From Candidatus Beckwithbacteria bacterium GW2011_GWC1_49_16 (GTDB taxonomy: Bacteria; Patescibacteriota; Microgenomatia; UBA1400; CG1-02-47-37), in contig CP011210.1 in assembly GCA_001029675.1 (NCBI GenBank), positions 192,193 through 256,192 on the forward strand: a stretch of 64,000 nucleotides of DNA. The letters are read 5' to 3'. Shown here piece after piece: positions 17,294 to 26,379 of this stretch. The notes beneath the pieces were generated by a model. It was not told where the DNA came from. It worked only from the letters and a program-made list of their open reading frames with translations, and searched no databases. Within the stretch, counting starts at the first letter, position 1. The number at the start of each line of letters is the position of its first letter. The position numbers and the translations under genes are program-made.

Positions 17294-18736
17294 CTAGTAT
17301 TCAATAAATCCAGGAATGTCTCTGGGATCAATACCGGGGTTTTCGTCTAGGATTTGCTCTCTCTCTTTTTGGGTGATGGGTCTGAGCCCGTGGGGTTGGT
17401 GGATTTTTTGGACTCTGCTACCTATATTTCTTGAGGCGTAGATGAGGAAGAAGACGATGGTAAGTCCCGTGCCTCCATAGCACAAAAGAGGGGTCCAGAA
17501 AGATTTTGTCTCATCGGCGCCCGGAGTTAATGGGGTTACTAGGGTGTTAGGAATTTCGAGTTTTGGTCTGCCAGTAGAAGACGGGAGAGGGGCAGCGGCA
17601 TAACTGGTAGCGGTTTTGTTGGCATTTTTAACGGCGTTGGTGGCTTCAAGGTTGGCCCGGTGTTCTTCAAGTGCCTCGAAAGGGGTTCGGTGAAGGGAGT
17701 AAGGAATGGGTTGTTTATAGTAGTCTTCGGTTTTTGGTAGTTGGTTTTGGACAGGAAGCTGTAAGTCCTTTAAGAGGGTCCAGTAGCGGTTGTGGACGGG
17801 GCGGAGGCCGAGATCGGAAACATAATTTTCTCCAGTGCCTTCAACCAGGGCATAAGTTTCACCGTTGGGACCTTCGGTGAGCTCATAGACGGTGACGCTG
17901 GTACCCAGAGGTAGAGGATAACTGAAACTATCCAGGGCGATGTCGTAGTCGGGTTCTTGAGTGTAGGTTAACAGCGGGCGGGGAAAGTCATGGGGGCTGG
18001 CTTTTAGACCGAAGGCGTTCCAGAAGTCATTTTCTAAGTTGGGGTTTTGTTGCAGATAGAATTCATACAGATCTCCCAGGGCAAGCTTAGGAGAGTCGTA
18101 TGGAGCCAGTTGTTTAAAGTTTTCTTGGAATTTTTCTGGTATGACGATGGCTTCCTGGGCTAGATTTTGGGTAAAAAAGCCGCTTTCCAGATGCCGTTGG
18201 TTGAGTTCTTTGACTATGATATCAATCTCACCGCCGAGGCTGGCTTGAGCTAGTTGTTCCCGGTCGAGGGCGATGATGAAAGAGAAAAGATCGTTAGCTC
18301 TGGGTTGAAAGGTAAGTAAAGCAATGGCTTTGTCCGAGCCAGGATCGAGACTAAGGCGATGGACGGTAAGGGGTTGACCGGTATACTGTGGCGGACCCTG
18401 CTTTTGGTATTCGAGGGGTTTATCTCTGGAAAAAAGTTTGTCTTCATAGACGTTGCCTTTAAGAATGTTGAGGGTTTGGTTACCAGTTTGAGAAAAAGCT
18501 TGGCGATATACGTCAAAACCTTCACCGTTTTGGTCAATGATCGAAAAGACTTCAAACTCGGCGTCGGCAGAAAGAGTAATAGTGCCGATGCCTGGTCCTA
18601 AGGGAAAAGGCTCGATAGTTGATTCCTGCTCTGGTTTAAGTAGACCGCCGCAGGCTGACTCAACGGCTGCTCCGGCCGCAAATATAGTAGCGACTTTGAG
18701 AAAGTTTCTTCTAGAAAGTTGTTCTGCTGCTGGCAT
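17294..18736 (-). CDS. predicted Tat-secreted protein with C-terminal TM anchor
   Basis: N-terminal twin-arginine motif SRRNFLKVATIFAAGAAV and a C-terminal hydrophobic helix. Confidence 0.5.
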   Translation of the reverse strand: MPAAEQLSRRNFLKVATIFAAGAAVESACGGLLKPEQESTIEPFPLGPGIGTITLSADAEFEVFSIIDQNGEGFDVYRQAFSQTGNQTLNILKGNVYEDKLFSRDKPLEYQKQGPPQYTGQPLTVHRLSLDPGSDKAIALLTFQPRANDLFSFIIALDREQLAQASLGGEIDIIVKELNQRHLESGFFTQNLAQEAIVIPEKFQENFKQLAPYDSPKLALGDLYEFYLQQNPNLENDFWNAFGLKASPHDFPRPLLTYTQEPDYDIALDSFSYPLPLGTSVTVYELTEGPNGETYALVEGTGENYVSDLGLRPVHNRYWTLLKDLQLPVQNQLPKTEDYYKQPIPYSLHRTPFEALEEHRANLEATNAVKNANKTATSYAAAPLPSSTGRPKLEIPNTLVTPLTPGADETKSFWTPLLCYGGTGLTIVFFLIYASRNIGSRVQKIHQPHGLRPITQKEREQILDENPGIDPRDIPGFIEY

Positions 18737-18760
18737 AAACCTCTATTATACTATAGGGCT

Positions 18761-20113
18761 TTAAATCAGGGAAGAGAGCAGGAATAAAAACAGCAGCCCC
18801 GGTTGAAGCGTCAGGGGGTAGTGATCGAAAAGGCCGAGGAAGAGAAGTAAGCCGTAAAGCGTAATCGGTAAGCTGTAATTTTTAGATTTTATCGCCCGGT
18901 AGAAAGGAGAAAAGATCAAGTAAAGGAAGCCGGCCAGTCCCAAAATTCCGGTTTCGGCCAGGATCAATAGATAGACGTTGTGGACCGGTTGTAAAAAGCG
19001 GGTGGTGGCGGGAATTAAGCCGTAGCGGTCCATGATGACGGTGAAGTTGTTCAGTCCGACCCCGGTGAGCGGGGATTCTTTAACCATGGACAGGGCCATT
19101 TGGGTTAACTGCGACCGGCGGCTGAAGGAAGATTGGGGGGCCAAAAAGCTCAAGTTTTGGGCAAAGACCAAAAACAGCAGTAAAACTCCGGCGTAGAAAG
19201 CGACTAGCTTGACAGCAACTGATTTCACTCCCGGAGTGAAAAATTCCTCCACTCCGGGAGTGGGATTACTAAGCCGGTCCTGCCAGAAAGAAAAGCGGGG
19301 CAGGTCTTTGATCAGGGCCAACTGTTTGGCGCGGAGCTTTTGTTTGAGCGAGTCGGTTTGAAGCAAAGTTGCTGCCGGCAGGCCGATTAACAAAAACCCC
19401 AGCCAGGCGGAGAGGGAAAAGGTGAGGAATAAGCTGGCTACGCCAGCGGTAATCAGTAATCCGTAATAGGTAGTGCGTAAAAAGTTGACCTTCAAGGATA
19501 AACCCTGAAGGTGCTGGCGGATAACTAGCGGCAGGGTGACGGCCAAAAAGCCGCCTAGAACGTTAGGATGGGGAGTGGTGCCCAAAGGCGGGACTTTGAG
19601 CGAGCCGTCAAACCAGGTGATTTTGTCGATACCCGGTGTCGCGTCGGTGTAGGGTTGTTCGCCCAGAAACCAAAAGCCAAAGATTGAAGACTGGTTTAAC
19701 CATTGAGTCAGAGCCAGAAGCGATTGGAATAAAACCGCCAGGCTTAAGGTTTTGGCAATTGAGGGAAGGTGGATTTTAAGGTCAATGTGGCGGCGGATCC
19801 AGAGGCTAAAAAGAGATAGCTCAAAAAATTTAAGCCATTTGTAGGCGGCCGGCACGAACGAGGCGGAAAAAATTACTGAAGGTAAAAGTAAAGCTAAAAA
19901 AACGGCCGTGGGGCCACGACCTTTTGGTCGGGACGAAGAACTAAACCACAGGCCAAGAAGTAAGAATATGAGAAAGTCGGTAAGATAGACGGTGGGGACA
20001 AGATAGTCGACCAGGGTGCCGGAGACGTATGATGAGGGCAGAATAAAGTGACGGGCAAGATTAGTGGGCAGAAGAAAGAGGATTAAATAGAAAAGCCGGT
20101 ATTGCCAGACCAT
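18761..20113 (-). CDS. polytopic membrane protein, possibly O-antigen ligase/polymerase-like
   Basis: More than 10 predicted TM helices. Contains in-frame palindromic element (TPGVEEFFTPGV) and two GTAANNN heptamer repeats (ITLYGLL, TTYYGLLIT). Confidence 0.35.
   Translation of the reverse strand: MVWQYRLFYLILFLLPTNLARHFILPSSYVSGTLVDYLVPTVYLTDFLIFLLLGLWFSSSSRPKGRGPTAVFLALLLPSVIFSASFVPAAYKWLKFFELSLFSLWIRRHIDLKIHLPSIAKTLSLAVLFQSLLALTQWLNQSSIFGFWFLGEQPYTDATPGIDKITWFDGSLKVPPLGTTPHPNVLGGFLAVTLPLVIRQHLQGLSLKVNFLRTTYYGLLITAGVASLFLTFSLSAWLGFLLIGLPAATLLQTDSLKQKLRAKQLALIKDLPRFSFWQDRLSNPTPGVEEFFTPGVKSVAVKLVAFYAGVLLLFLVFAQNLSFLAPQSSFSRRSQLTQMALSMVKESPLTGVGLNNFTVIMDRYGLIPATTRFLQPVHNVYLLILAETGILGLAGFLYLIFSPFYRAIKSKNYSLPITLYGLLLFLGLFDHYPLTLQPGLLFLFLLSSLI
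18844..18871. repeat. (GTAANNN)x4 heptamer repeat
   Basis: gtaaagc gtaatcg gtaagct gtaattt. Encodes ITLYGLL in a TM helix. Confidence 0.6.
19226..19262. repeat. palindromic element CACTCCCGGAGTG-aaaaattcctc-CACTCCGGGAGTG, in-frame in membrane protein gene
   Basis: Identical to the second leuS copy. Read on the minus strand as TPGVEEFFTPGV. Confidence 0.9.
19448..19482. repeat. (NGTAATN)x5 heptamer repeat
   Basis: ggtaatc agtaatc cgtaata ggtagtg cgtaaaa. Confidence 0.55.
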
Positions 20114-20153
20114 TAAAAATTACTATAGCATAATCTGTGTTATACTCGAGCTT

Positions 20154-21428
20154 ATGAGATTAAAACCTCAAAAAAAATTACTGAAAAACGGCTTGACTTT
20201 GGTGACGGTGCCGATGGGCTCGGCTTCGGTTTCGGCGGTGCTTTTGGTGCGGGTGGGCAGCCGGGACGAGTCGGTGAGTGTAAACGGCATGTCTCACTTT
20301 TTGGAGCACATGGTGTTTAAAGGCACCAAAAAGTGGCCGACGTCACGGGAGATGAACCAGGTGATCGATTCTGTAGGCGGAGTGTATAACGCCTTTACCT
20401 CGCACGAGAATACCGGTTTTTGGGTCAAGCTAGCCAAAAAACACCTGAAGCTGGGTTTGGAGTATTTGCAACAGGCAGTGTTTGAGCCGCTGTTGCCGGC
20501 TGACGAACTTGAGCGGGAGCGGGGAGTGATTTTGGAAGAAATCAAGATGTACGAGGACAACCCGATGGCCAACGTAGCCAAGAGCTTTGTGGCCCAGCTT
20601 TACCAAGGCACAACTTTAGGCCAGCAGATTATCGGTACTGCCGCTAACATCAGAAGTTTAAAAAGAGACCAGTTTTACCGGCATCTTAAGCGTTGGTACC
20701 AGCCTAAAAATATGGTCTTGACCGTGGCCGGGGGAATTGACGGCAACGTCGGCCGCCTGGCGACAGAGGTTTTCAACAATAACTTTACCAGTCAGGTGAA
20801 GTTTGCCCGCCGGGTGAAAGAGATCAAAGTGGAAAAAACCGACAAAATTAGAGTAGTGAGTAAGGATATTAAGCAAGCTCACTTTTGTTTAGGAATGACC
20901 ACTTTCAGAAGGGGTCACCAAGACCGCTATGCCCTGGCAGTGTTAAACACGGTTTTGGGGGCCAACTCGAGTTCCCGGCTGTTTGAAGAAATCAGGAATA
21001 AGCGAGGGTTGGTTTATTACGTCAGAACCGGGCTCAATAGTTTTTACGAAACCGGCTATTTAGTGGCCCAGGCAGGCTGCGACGTAAAAAGAGTTGGCGA
21101 GGCGGTCAAGGTGACTGTCGGTGAGTACGACAAGATGACGGGCAGGGTCAGCGGCATTACCGACGAGGAGTTAACCCGGGCCAAAGAATATCTCAAAGGC
21201 AGATTAGCTTTGGACTTGGAGGATAGCCAGGAGGTGGCCGGCATGTTTGGTGAAGATTTGCTGATGGAAAATAAGTTGAGGCCGGTGGAGGAGCTCTATC
21301 GGGGAGTAGAAAAAGTGACGGCGGTCGACGTCACCAGAGTGGCCAAGGCCATTTTTAGCCCCGAGCGTTTGCGCTTGACCGTAGTCGGGCCATTTAAGGG
21401 GAAAAATGAGTTTGCTAAGCTGGTATGA
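20154..21428 (+). CDS. M16 family (pitrilysin/insulinase-like) zinc peptidase
   Basis: Inverted zinc-binding motif HxxEH (SHFLEHMVFKGT) near the N-terminus. Confidence 0.85.
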   Translation: MRLKPQKKLLKNGLTLVTVPMGSASVSAVLLVRVGSRDESVSVNGMSHFLEHMVFKGTKKWPTSREMNQVIDSVGGVYNAFTSHENTGFWVKLAKKHLKLGLEYLQQAVFEPLLPADELERERGVILEEIKMYEDNPMANVAKSFVAQLYQGTTLGQQIIGTAANIRSLKRDQFYRHLKRWYQPKNMVLTVAGGIDGNVGRLATEVFNNNFTSQVKFARRVKEIKVEKTDKIRVVSKDIKQAHFCLGMTTFRRGHQDRYALAVLNTVLGANSSSRLFEEIRNKRGLVYYVRTGLNSFYETGYLVAQAGCDVKRVGEAVKVTVGEYDKMTGRVSGITDEELTRAKEYLKGRLALDLEDSQEVAGMFGEDLLMENKLRPVEELYRGVEKVTAVDVTRVAKAIFSPERLRLTVVGPFKGKNEFAKLV

Positions 21429-22279
21429 CAGTTTTCTTGCTGGCATTTATCGCGATGGTAAGTTTAGGGGTAGGTTGGTTTTTTGCCGCTCGGTCGTCAA
21501 AGGATATGGATCCGCTTGCTTCGATGTTTATGTTTCAGCTAGTCGGGATACCTTTTTTCTTACTGCTTTTACCCTGGGCTCCAGCTGGATTTAATAGCGG
21601 TTTGTGGTTGCCGATTTTTTTGGTGGGAGTCTACGAAACCTTTGTGATGTTGTTGCTGTTTTATACAATGAGAATTGGTGATATCAGCGTGGTTTTTCCT
21701 ATAACTACAGGAGGTTATGCGCTGGTGGCCTTTGTTTTAGGCTGGCTGTTTTTACACGAAACAACATCGTTGGCCAGGATTTTAGGCATGTTATTGGTGA
21801 TTTTGGGGATAGTTTTGGTTTCAGCTAAGACTACAAAAGAAAAGATAAGGCAAAAAACCGGACTCAAAAAGGGAGCTTTGCCTGCTATGTTGGTCGCAGT
21901 TGGTACTGGGTTATATTTATTTTTGGTGGGGTTGGTAGCAAGGGGAAGTAGTTGGTTTGTGACGGCGTTGGGGATAAGAATAGCTATTTCGCTCACGGCC
22001 CTCATGCTGTTGTTGGTGAAGAGAGTAAGTCTTAAAAAGTTGTGGCAGGGGGTGGTGTGGCAGTGGATTTTGCCGGCAGCTTTTTTAGATGTTTTGGGGT
22101 TTTCCTTTTACAACATGGTAGTGGTTCAAGCCGAAGTCTCTTACGCCACGATTATGATTTCGGCCCAGTCTTTGATAACGGTGCTTCTGGGTTATTTTGT
22201 CTTAAAAGAGCAGGTTGTCAGGCGTCAGTGGGCGGGAATATTTTTGGCCATTGGCGGTTTGGTGATTTTACAGCTTTGA
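21425..22279 (+). CDS. DMT/EamA-like 10-TM transporter
   Basis: Two-fold repeated 5-TM architecture. Confidence 0.55.
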   Translation: MTVFLLAFIAMVSLGVGWFFAARSSKDMDPLASMFMFQLVGIPFFLLLLPWAPAGFNSGLWLPIFLVGVYETFVMLLLFYTMRIGDISVVFPITTGGYALVAFVLGWLFLHETTSLARILGMLLVILGIVLVSAKTTKEKIRQKTGLKKGALPAMLVAVGTGLYLFLVGLVARGSSWFVTALGIRIAISLTALMLLLVKRVSLKKLWQGVVWQWILPAAFLDVLGFSFYNMVVVQAEVSYATIMISAQSLITVLLGYFVLKEQVVRRQWAGIFLAIGGLVILQL

Positions 22280-22296
22280 TGGTGTATATTTAATCT

Positions 22297-22767
22297 ATGG
22301 CCAAAGAGCAGTCGGTAGTTTTAGTTAAACCGGACGGGTTACAGCGGGGGTTGTTGGGCGAGATGGTCAGCCGGTTTGAGAGGAAGGGGTTGAAGTTGGT
22401 GGCAGTCAAGATGATGAGACTAACGGATGAGATTTTGGATCATTGGTACGAGCATCACAAGGACAAGGATTTTTTTGACGAGCTTAAATCTTTCATGAAG
22501 TCGGCGCCGATTGTGGCCATGCTGTGGCAGGGGGTGGAGGCGGTGGCGGTGGTGAGAAAGCTTTGCGGCACTACTTCGGGCCGTGAGGCCGAGGCCGGTT
22601 CGATCAGAGGCGATTTTTCCATCAGCCAACAATTGAATCTGATCCACGCGTCAGACAGCGTCGATAATGCCGACAGGGAAAGAAAACTTATTTTCAAAGA
22701 CGGCGAGATAATCGATTGGGAAAGCGCGGCCGAGGCTTTGGTTTATTCGGCGGCAGAGAGAAGTTAA
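22297..22767 (+). CDS. ndk: nucleoside diphosphate kinase
   Basis: SVVLVKPDG...RGDFSIS...NLIHASD matches the NDK catalytic His motif. Confidence 0.95.
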   Translation: MAKEQSVVLVKPDGLQRGLLGEMVSRFERKGLKLVAVKMMRLTDEILDHWYEHHKDKDFFDELKSFMKSAPIVAMLWQGVEAVAVVRKLCGTTSGREAEAGSIRGDFSISQQLNLIHASDSVDNADRERKLIFKDGEIIDWESAAEALVYSAAERS

Positions 22768-23138
22768 AGGTTTTTAAGAAAGTTTTTGATTCTGTTTCTG
22801 TCTTCGTTTGGTTTGTTCCCTTTATAGTATATCTCAATAAAAATAATCTTAGAGTTTGATTTGAGAAAGGCGTAGATGACTCTTAGTCCACTTCTTGAGC
22901 CTTTACCAAAGAGGGATTTACAGGCAAATTTCTTGATTTTACAGATATCAACTTTCTGGCTACAAAGTTCTGGAATTGGGAAAATGCTGCGGTTATCTGT
23001 GTTTTGAAGGTAAAGAAGTTCTATCGTGGTCTTTTTGACAAGGTTAAAGTCTTCGTGAAGGGTTCTTAAGCGTTTCTTTAGCTTCTTAAAATCCTTTTTA
23101 AATTCTGGAGTCTGTTCATAGATTAGATTTATCGTCAT
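22764..23138 (-). CDS. putative toxin (RelE/ParE-like fold) partnered with the Panacea-domain antitoxin
   Basis: 124 aa overlapping the upstream HTH-DUF4065 gene by ~23 nt. Pattern GKGSRSGLRVIYAF...IIFIEIYYKGNK resembles RelE/ParE toxins. Confidence 0.45.
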   Translation of the reverse strand: MTINLIYEQTPEFKKDFKKLKKRLRTLHEDFNLVKKTTIELLYLQNTDNRSIFPIPELCSQKVDICKIKKFACKSLFGKGSRSGLRVIYAFLKSNSKIIFIEIYYKGNKPNEDRNRIKNFLKNL

Positions 23139-23874
23139 AGCTTCTTACAGACGTTTCATCGGTGCGATAAAAGACTGCTTCGTATTCTATTTGTTGGCCT
23201 TGTTTGGCGGTAATAAAGGGAACATCTTTATGAGAGTAGACGCTTAAGTCGTTGGCGTTTTTATCCGAGAGCCTATTTAAGACTTCGTCGATGTGTTTGA
23301 TTTCTCTGGCAGTGAGTAAGTTGATATTTGGGGAACGATTAGGCAGATACTTCTTTTGATCGTACTGGAAGTATTTGCTTTTAACTTGGACGATTTCTTT
23401 TTTCTTTTCCATGTCCTGAATAACTTGGTCGAACATTGCCGGGGTGGGACCATGGTGGTTTTTAACATAAGCTGCCCCTATCAATTGCTCTTCAAATTTT
23501 TCGTAAAAGTCAAAGTCGATAAAGTAGAGTAGCTTGTAGATAACGGTTTTACCTACGTTACGCTTGGCGCCGACTTTTTCCAGGACGTAAAGCAAAACCT
23601 CTTTGAACTTGTCCACTTTTTCTTGAGGAATACTGATGCGGATGGTGTCATTTTTAATGAGAGGTTTTTTAGCTTTGGTGATCATAACTGTGATTTTAGG
23701 AAGATTAAGTATTGACTCAAGTCTTTTTAACTCTTTCAGGGTGAGTTCCCGAGAACCCTTTTCTACTAATATGTATGTCGGGCGAGAGATACCTAGTTTT
23801 TTAGCCAGGTAGGCTTGAGATAAACCTAGTTCTGTCCGTTTCTTTCTGATGATGCTTTCAAGAGATTGAACCAT
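23116..23874 (-). CDS. HTH_XRE plus Panacea (DUF4065) domain antitoxin-like protein
   Basis: N-terminus LGLSQAYLAKKLGISRPTYILVEKG is an XRE HTH. C-terminus KTVIYKLLYFIDFDFYEKFEEQLIGAAYVKNHHGPTPAMF matches the DUF4065/Panacea signature (KLxKLLY...W.HGPV). Confidence 0.6.
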   Translation of the reverse strand: MVQSLESIIRKKRTELGLSQAYLAKKLGISRPTYILVEKGSRELTLKELKRLESILNLPKITVMITKAKKPLIKNDTIRISIPQEKVDKFKEVLLYVLEKVGAKRNVGKTVIYKLLYFIDFDFYEKFEEQLIGAAYVKNHHGPTPAMFDQVIQDMEKKKEIVQVKSKYFQYDQKKYLPNRSPNINLLTAREIKHIDEVLNRLSDKNANDLSVYSHKDVPFITAKQGQQIEYEAVFYRTDETSVRSYDDKSNL

Positions 23875-23945
23875 AAACCGCTACCAGTTTAGCAGGTGTA
23901 AAGAATTTTTGTCAAGTCTTAGAGTAAGAAATGTTGACACAGAAC

Positions 23946-24080
23946 TTACTTTTTATTGACGTATTTCCACAGGGTCATGATGGCCAGAACCAAAAGGATT
24001 AGGACTAGGATGTAGATGAGCCAGCCGAAAAACATGACAGAGCCGCCTCCCCAACCGTTCATCATTTGATATCCCCACAT
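23946..24080 (-). CDS. small hydrophobic peptide (44 aa) with strong SD
   Basis: GGAGGTGA lies 7 nt upstream of the ATG. Product is MWGYQMMNGWGGGSVMFFGWLIYILVLILLVLAIMTLWKYVNKK. Confidence 0.3.
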   Translation of the reverse strand: MWGYQMMNGWGGGSVMFFGWLIYILVLILLVLAIMTLWKYVNKK

Positions 24081-24539
24081 TTTGCCTCACCTCCTTTAAC
24101 AAGAGAGTTTTTAACTTGAAGCGTGATCTTTAAGTTTTTTTCGTAAAGTCTTTATCTCGTTGATAATCTCATCCCTGATTTCATAGAGTTCATCCTGGAA
24201 AGATTTAGAGTTTTCATTTAAGCCTTGATTCGTGACTAACTTGTCTGATTTGATCATTACGTTATTATTGTTGGTGATTGACGAGTGGTTGTTAATTGGT
24301 CGGGGTGGCCCGCCTAAGGCGGGCGGCCTGTCGCCTAAGGCGACCGCTCTGCCAACTGATAATTTTTGCTTTAACCATTTTCTTCCTTGCCCAGACTTAA
24401 GTTGTCTTTCTCTTTTCTTAGTTTTGTATATTTAGATTGACCGGAATTATGTTCATGAATCCGCCTTTTAAGATTATTAGTATGTCCAATGTAATGTCTT
24501 TCATTTTTATAACTTTTAATGACGTAGACGTAATACATG

Positions 24540-24612
24540 TCGGAGAGCCGGGATTCGAACCCGGGACCTCGTCGTCCCGAACGACGCGCGCTACCAACTG
24601 CGCTACTCTCCG
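24540..24612 (-). tRNA. tRNA-Pro (anticodon CGG)
   Basis: Hand-folded cloverleaf: acceptor CGGAGAG/CTCTCCG, D-arm GCGCAGTTGGTAGCGC, anticodon loop TTCGGGA, T-arm CCGGG-TTCGAAT-CCCGG. No encoded CCA. Confidence 0.85.
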
Positions 24613-24680
24613 TAACCGGCGATTCGTCTAAGGCGGGCGACCGCGCTACTCCGCCTCAGGCGGACGCTACACCCCGTGGG

Positions 24681-24752
24681 TGCCCCCACCAGGAGTCGAA
24701 CCTGGATTAGAGGTTTAGGAAACCTCTGTTCTATCCATTAAACTATGGGAGC
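24681..24752 (-). tRNA. tRNA-Arg (anticodon CCU)
   Basis: Acceptor GCTCCCA/TGGGGGC, anticodon stem GAGGT/ACCTC with loop TTCCTAA, T-arm CCAGG-TTCGACT-CCTGG. Confidence 0.85.
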
Positions 24753-24808
24753 TAGTGAACCTGAAAGGATTATAGCAAATTTATATTTGGTATAATCATT
24801 CTGTTTTT

Positions 24809-26371
24809 ATGATGGCAGAACGAGAAAAAAAACAGCAGCTTCATCCCGGTATGGTAATACATGCGGAAAAGTTGCTTGATGAAGCTGGAGCAAGAAATAA
24901 GAATTATAATGAATTACTGAATCAGGGACGAAGGCAAAAGATAGTTGAGTTTCTTGGAGAAGGAACTGTTTTTAACAACTACACTCAAGCATACATGGAG
25001 GCTTTTGTGGCAGCAGACGAAGTGTTAACCCTCGATCATGGTTTAGAGGGTTTAAAAGTGCTTCCGTCCTTGAAACGGGTAGCGTTGGTTTTTGGAGAAG
25101 ACTTGCCTCCACAGGAAGGAATTTTTAGGCGCCTAGAGGACATTATGTTTGACACTCAATTTTTTGCAGATAGGCATTATGATAAGAGAGAAATTGGGCA
25201 GGGTTTGAGCGGTTTACAGAAAATGATTGCCTTTTACTATAACGCCACGGAGGTAAAGTTGAGATTTATACCTATGGAAGAAAAACTGTATGATGATGCT
25301 TGGTTCACATATTTGGGTCAGATGTTAATAGAGCGAAGAATTTGGAATAACCTAGACAGTTTTAGGGGGGAAGACAGTTTTGAAACAATGGTTAACTTTC
25401 ATAAATACTACAAAGTTAACGCCTCTCATGTTTTTGCACACATTAGAAGAATTCCTAGTGGTAGATACTTAGAATTAAGCGCTAGAGATACGTCTGAACC
25501 AAGAGAGAGGGTGTTGTCTTTTCAAAGAGATGTGATTGATATCGAAGATTTACTAGAGGGAGAAGAAAATTTTTCTTTAGTCGATCTAGAAACGCTCGCG
25601 GAAAGATTATCGAAAAAGCATCAAACTATAATGGGGCAGCTTTTAGCTGGTCAAAGTCAAAAGATGCTTATAGAAGGTGGTTTTAAAAGAAGAGAAATTC
25701 AGTTAGCGACGTTTGAATTTGGCAAAGTGCTGGCAGAATTAGACGAGAAGTATAAAGGCTTGATAGTTGCTGAAAAGCAAAAACAAGCGAACATGAAAGA
25801 ATTATGGGAGAATTTGCATATGGCGACGAGATATCTAACCCTCAGAGAGTTTTTTAATCATGTTTCAAGGTTGGGTCAAAGAGAAAGGTTTGCAATGCTG
25901 AAAATGACTGGTTACTCCGACCCGGGAAAATCTCTAAAGGAATCGGCGCAGGCCCATGGATTTTCAGGAGAGTTAATTATAATGAGGGATTTTAGCAGCG
26001 CCGTAAAATCATTAACCGAATCAGTTTCTAAATATAAACTTATTGACGAAAATAGTTCTCTAAAGATCAATCCTAAAAAATTAGTAAGGGAATCAGAAAA
26101 TGTTAGATCTTTTAGGGTTGAAAAGGAGAGAGCTTTGAGGCCTGATGGACGGGGTAAAATAGTTGATAATATGATGTTATCCAGCGACGGCGAATTTATG
26201 AATTTATTGCCGTCTCATTTGCGCCGAACTTTTCTTTTGTTAATCGAACTAAACGATGATGGAGAATCATTGAAGCACAGTCGACAATCATTAATCAATA
26301 AATATGGATTGGGTTCAGGCAGATTGGATCGTCATATTGCTTCGATTAAAAGGGTGATTGAAGATTATTAA
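24809..26371 (+). CDS. hypothetical protein (520 aa, no recognisable domain)
   Basis: Long ORF adjacent to the tRNA pair. No signal peptide or TM. Confidence 0.45.
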   Translation: MMAEREKKQQLHPGMVIHAEKLLDEAGARNKNYNELLNQGRRQKIVEFLGEGTVFNNYTQAYMEAFVAADEVLTLDHGLEGLKVLPSLKRVALVFGEDLPPQEGIFRRLEDIMFDTQFFADRHYDKREIGQGLSGLQKMIAFYYNATEVKLRFIPMEEKLYDDAWFTYLGQMLIERRIWNNLDSFRGEDSFETMVNFHKYYKVNASHVFAHIRRIPSGRYLELSARDTSEPRERVLSFQRDVIDIEDLLEGEENFSLVDLETLAERLSKKHQTIMGQLLAGQSQKMLIEGGFKRREIQLATFEFGKVLAELDEKYKGLIVAEKQKQANMKELWENLHMATRYLTLREFFNHVSRLGQRERFAMLKMTGYSDPGKSLKESAQAHGFSGELIIMRDFSSAVKSLTESVSKYKLIDENSSLKINPKKLVRESENVRSFRVEKERALRPDGRGKIVDNMMLSSDGEFMNLLPSHLRRTFLLLIELNDDGESLKHSRQSLINKYGLGSGRLDRHIASIKRVIEDY

Positions 26372-26379
26372 GATTTTTC

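Noticed and set aside
24290-24365. Possible third tRNA upstream of tRNA-Pro (GCCCGCC-UAAG-GCGGGC and GUCGCC-UAAG-GCGAC hairpins)
   Set aside because: No acceptor stem, D-arm or T-arm consensus could be found on either strand, so it is not a tRNA. It is kept only as an unexplained structured region in the tRNA-islet finding.
24437-24631. 64-aa plus-strand ORF
   Set aside because: It overlaps tRNA-Pro on the opposite strand and has no coding features.
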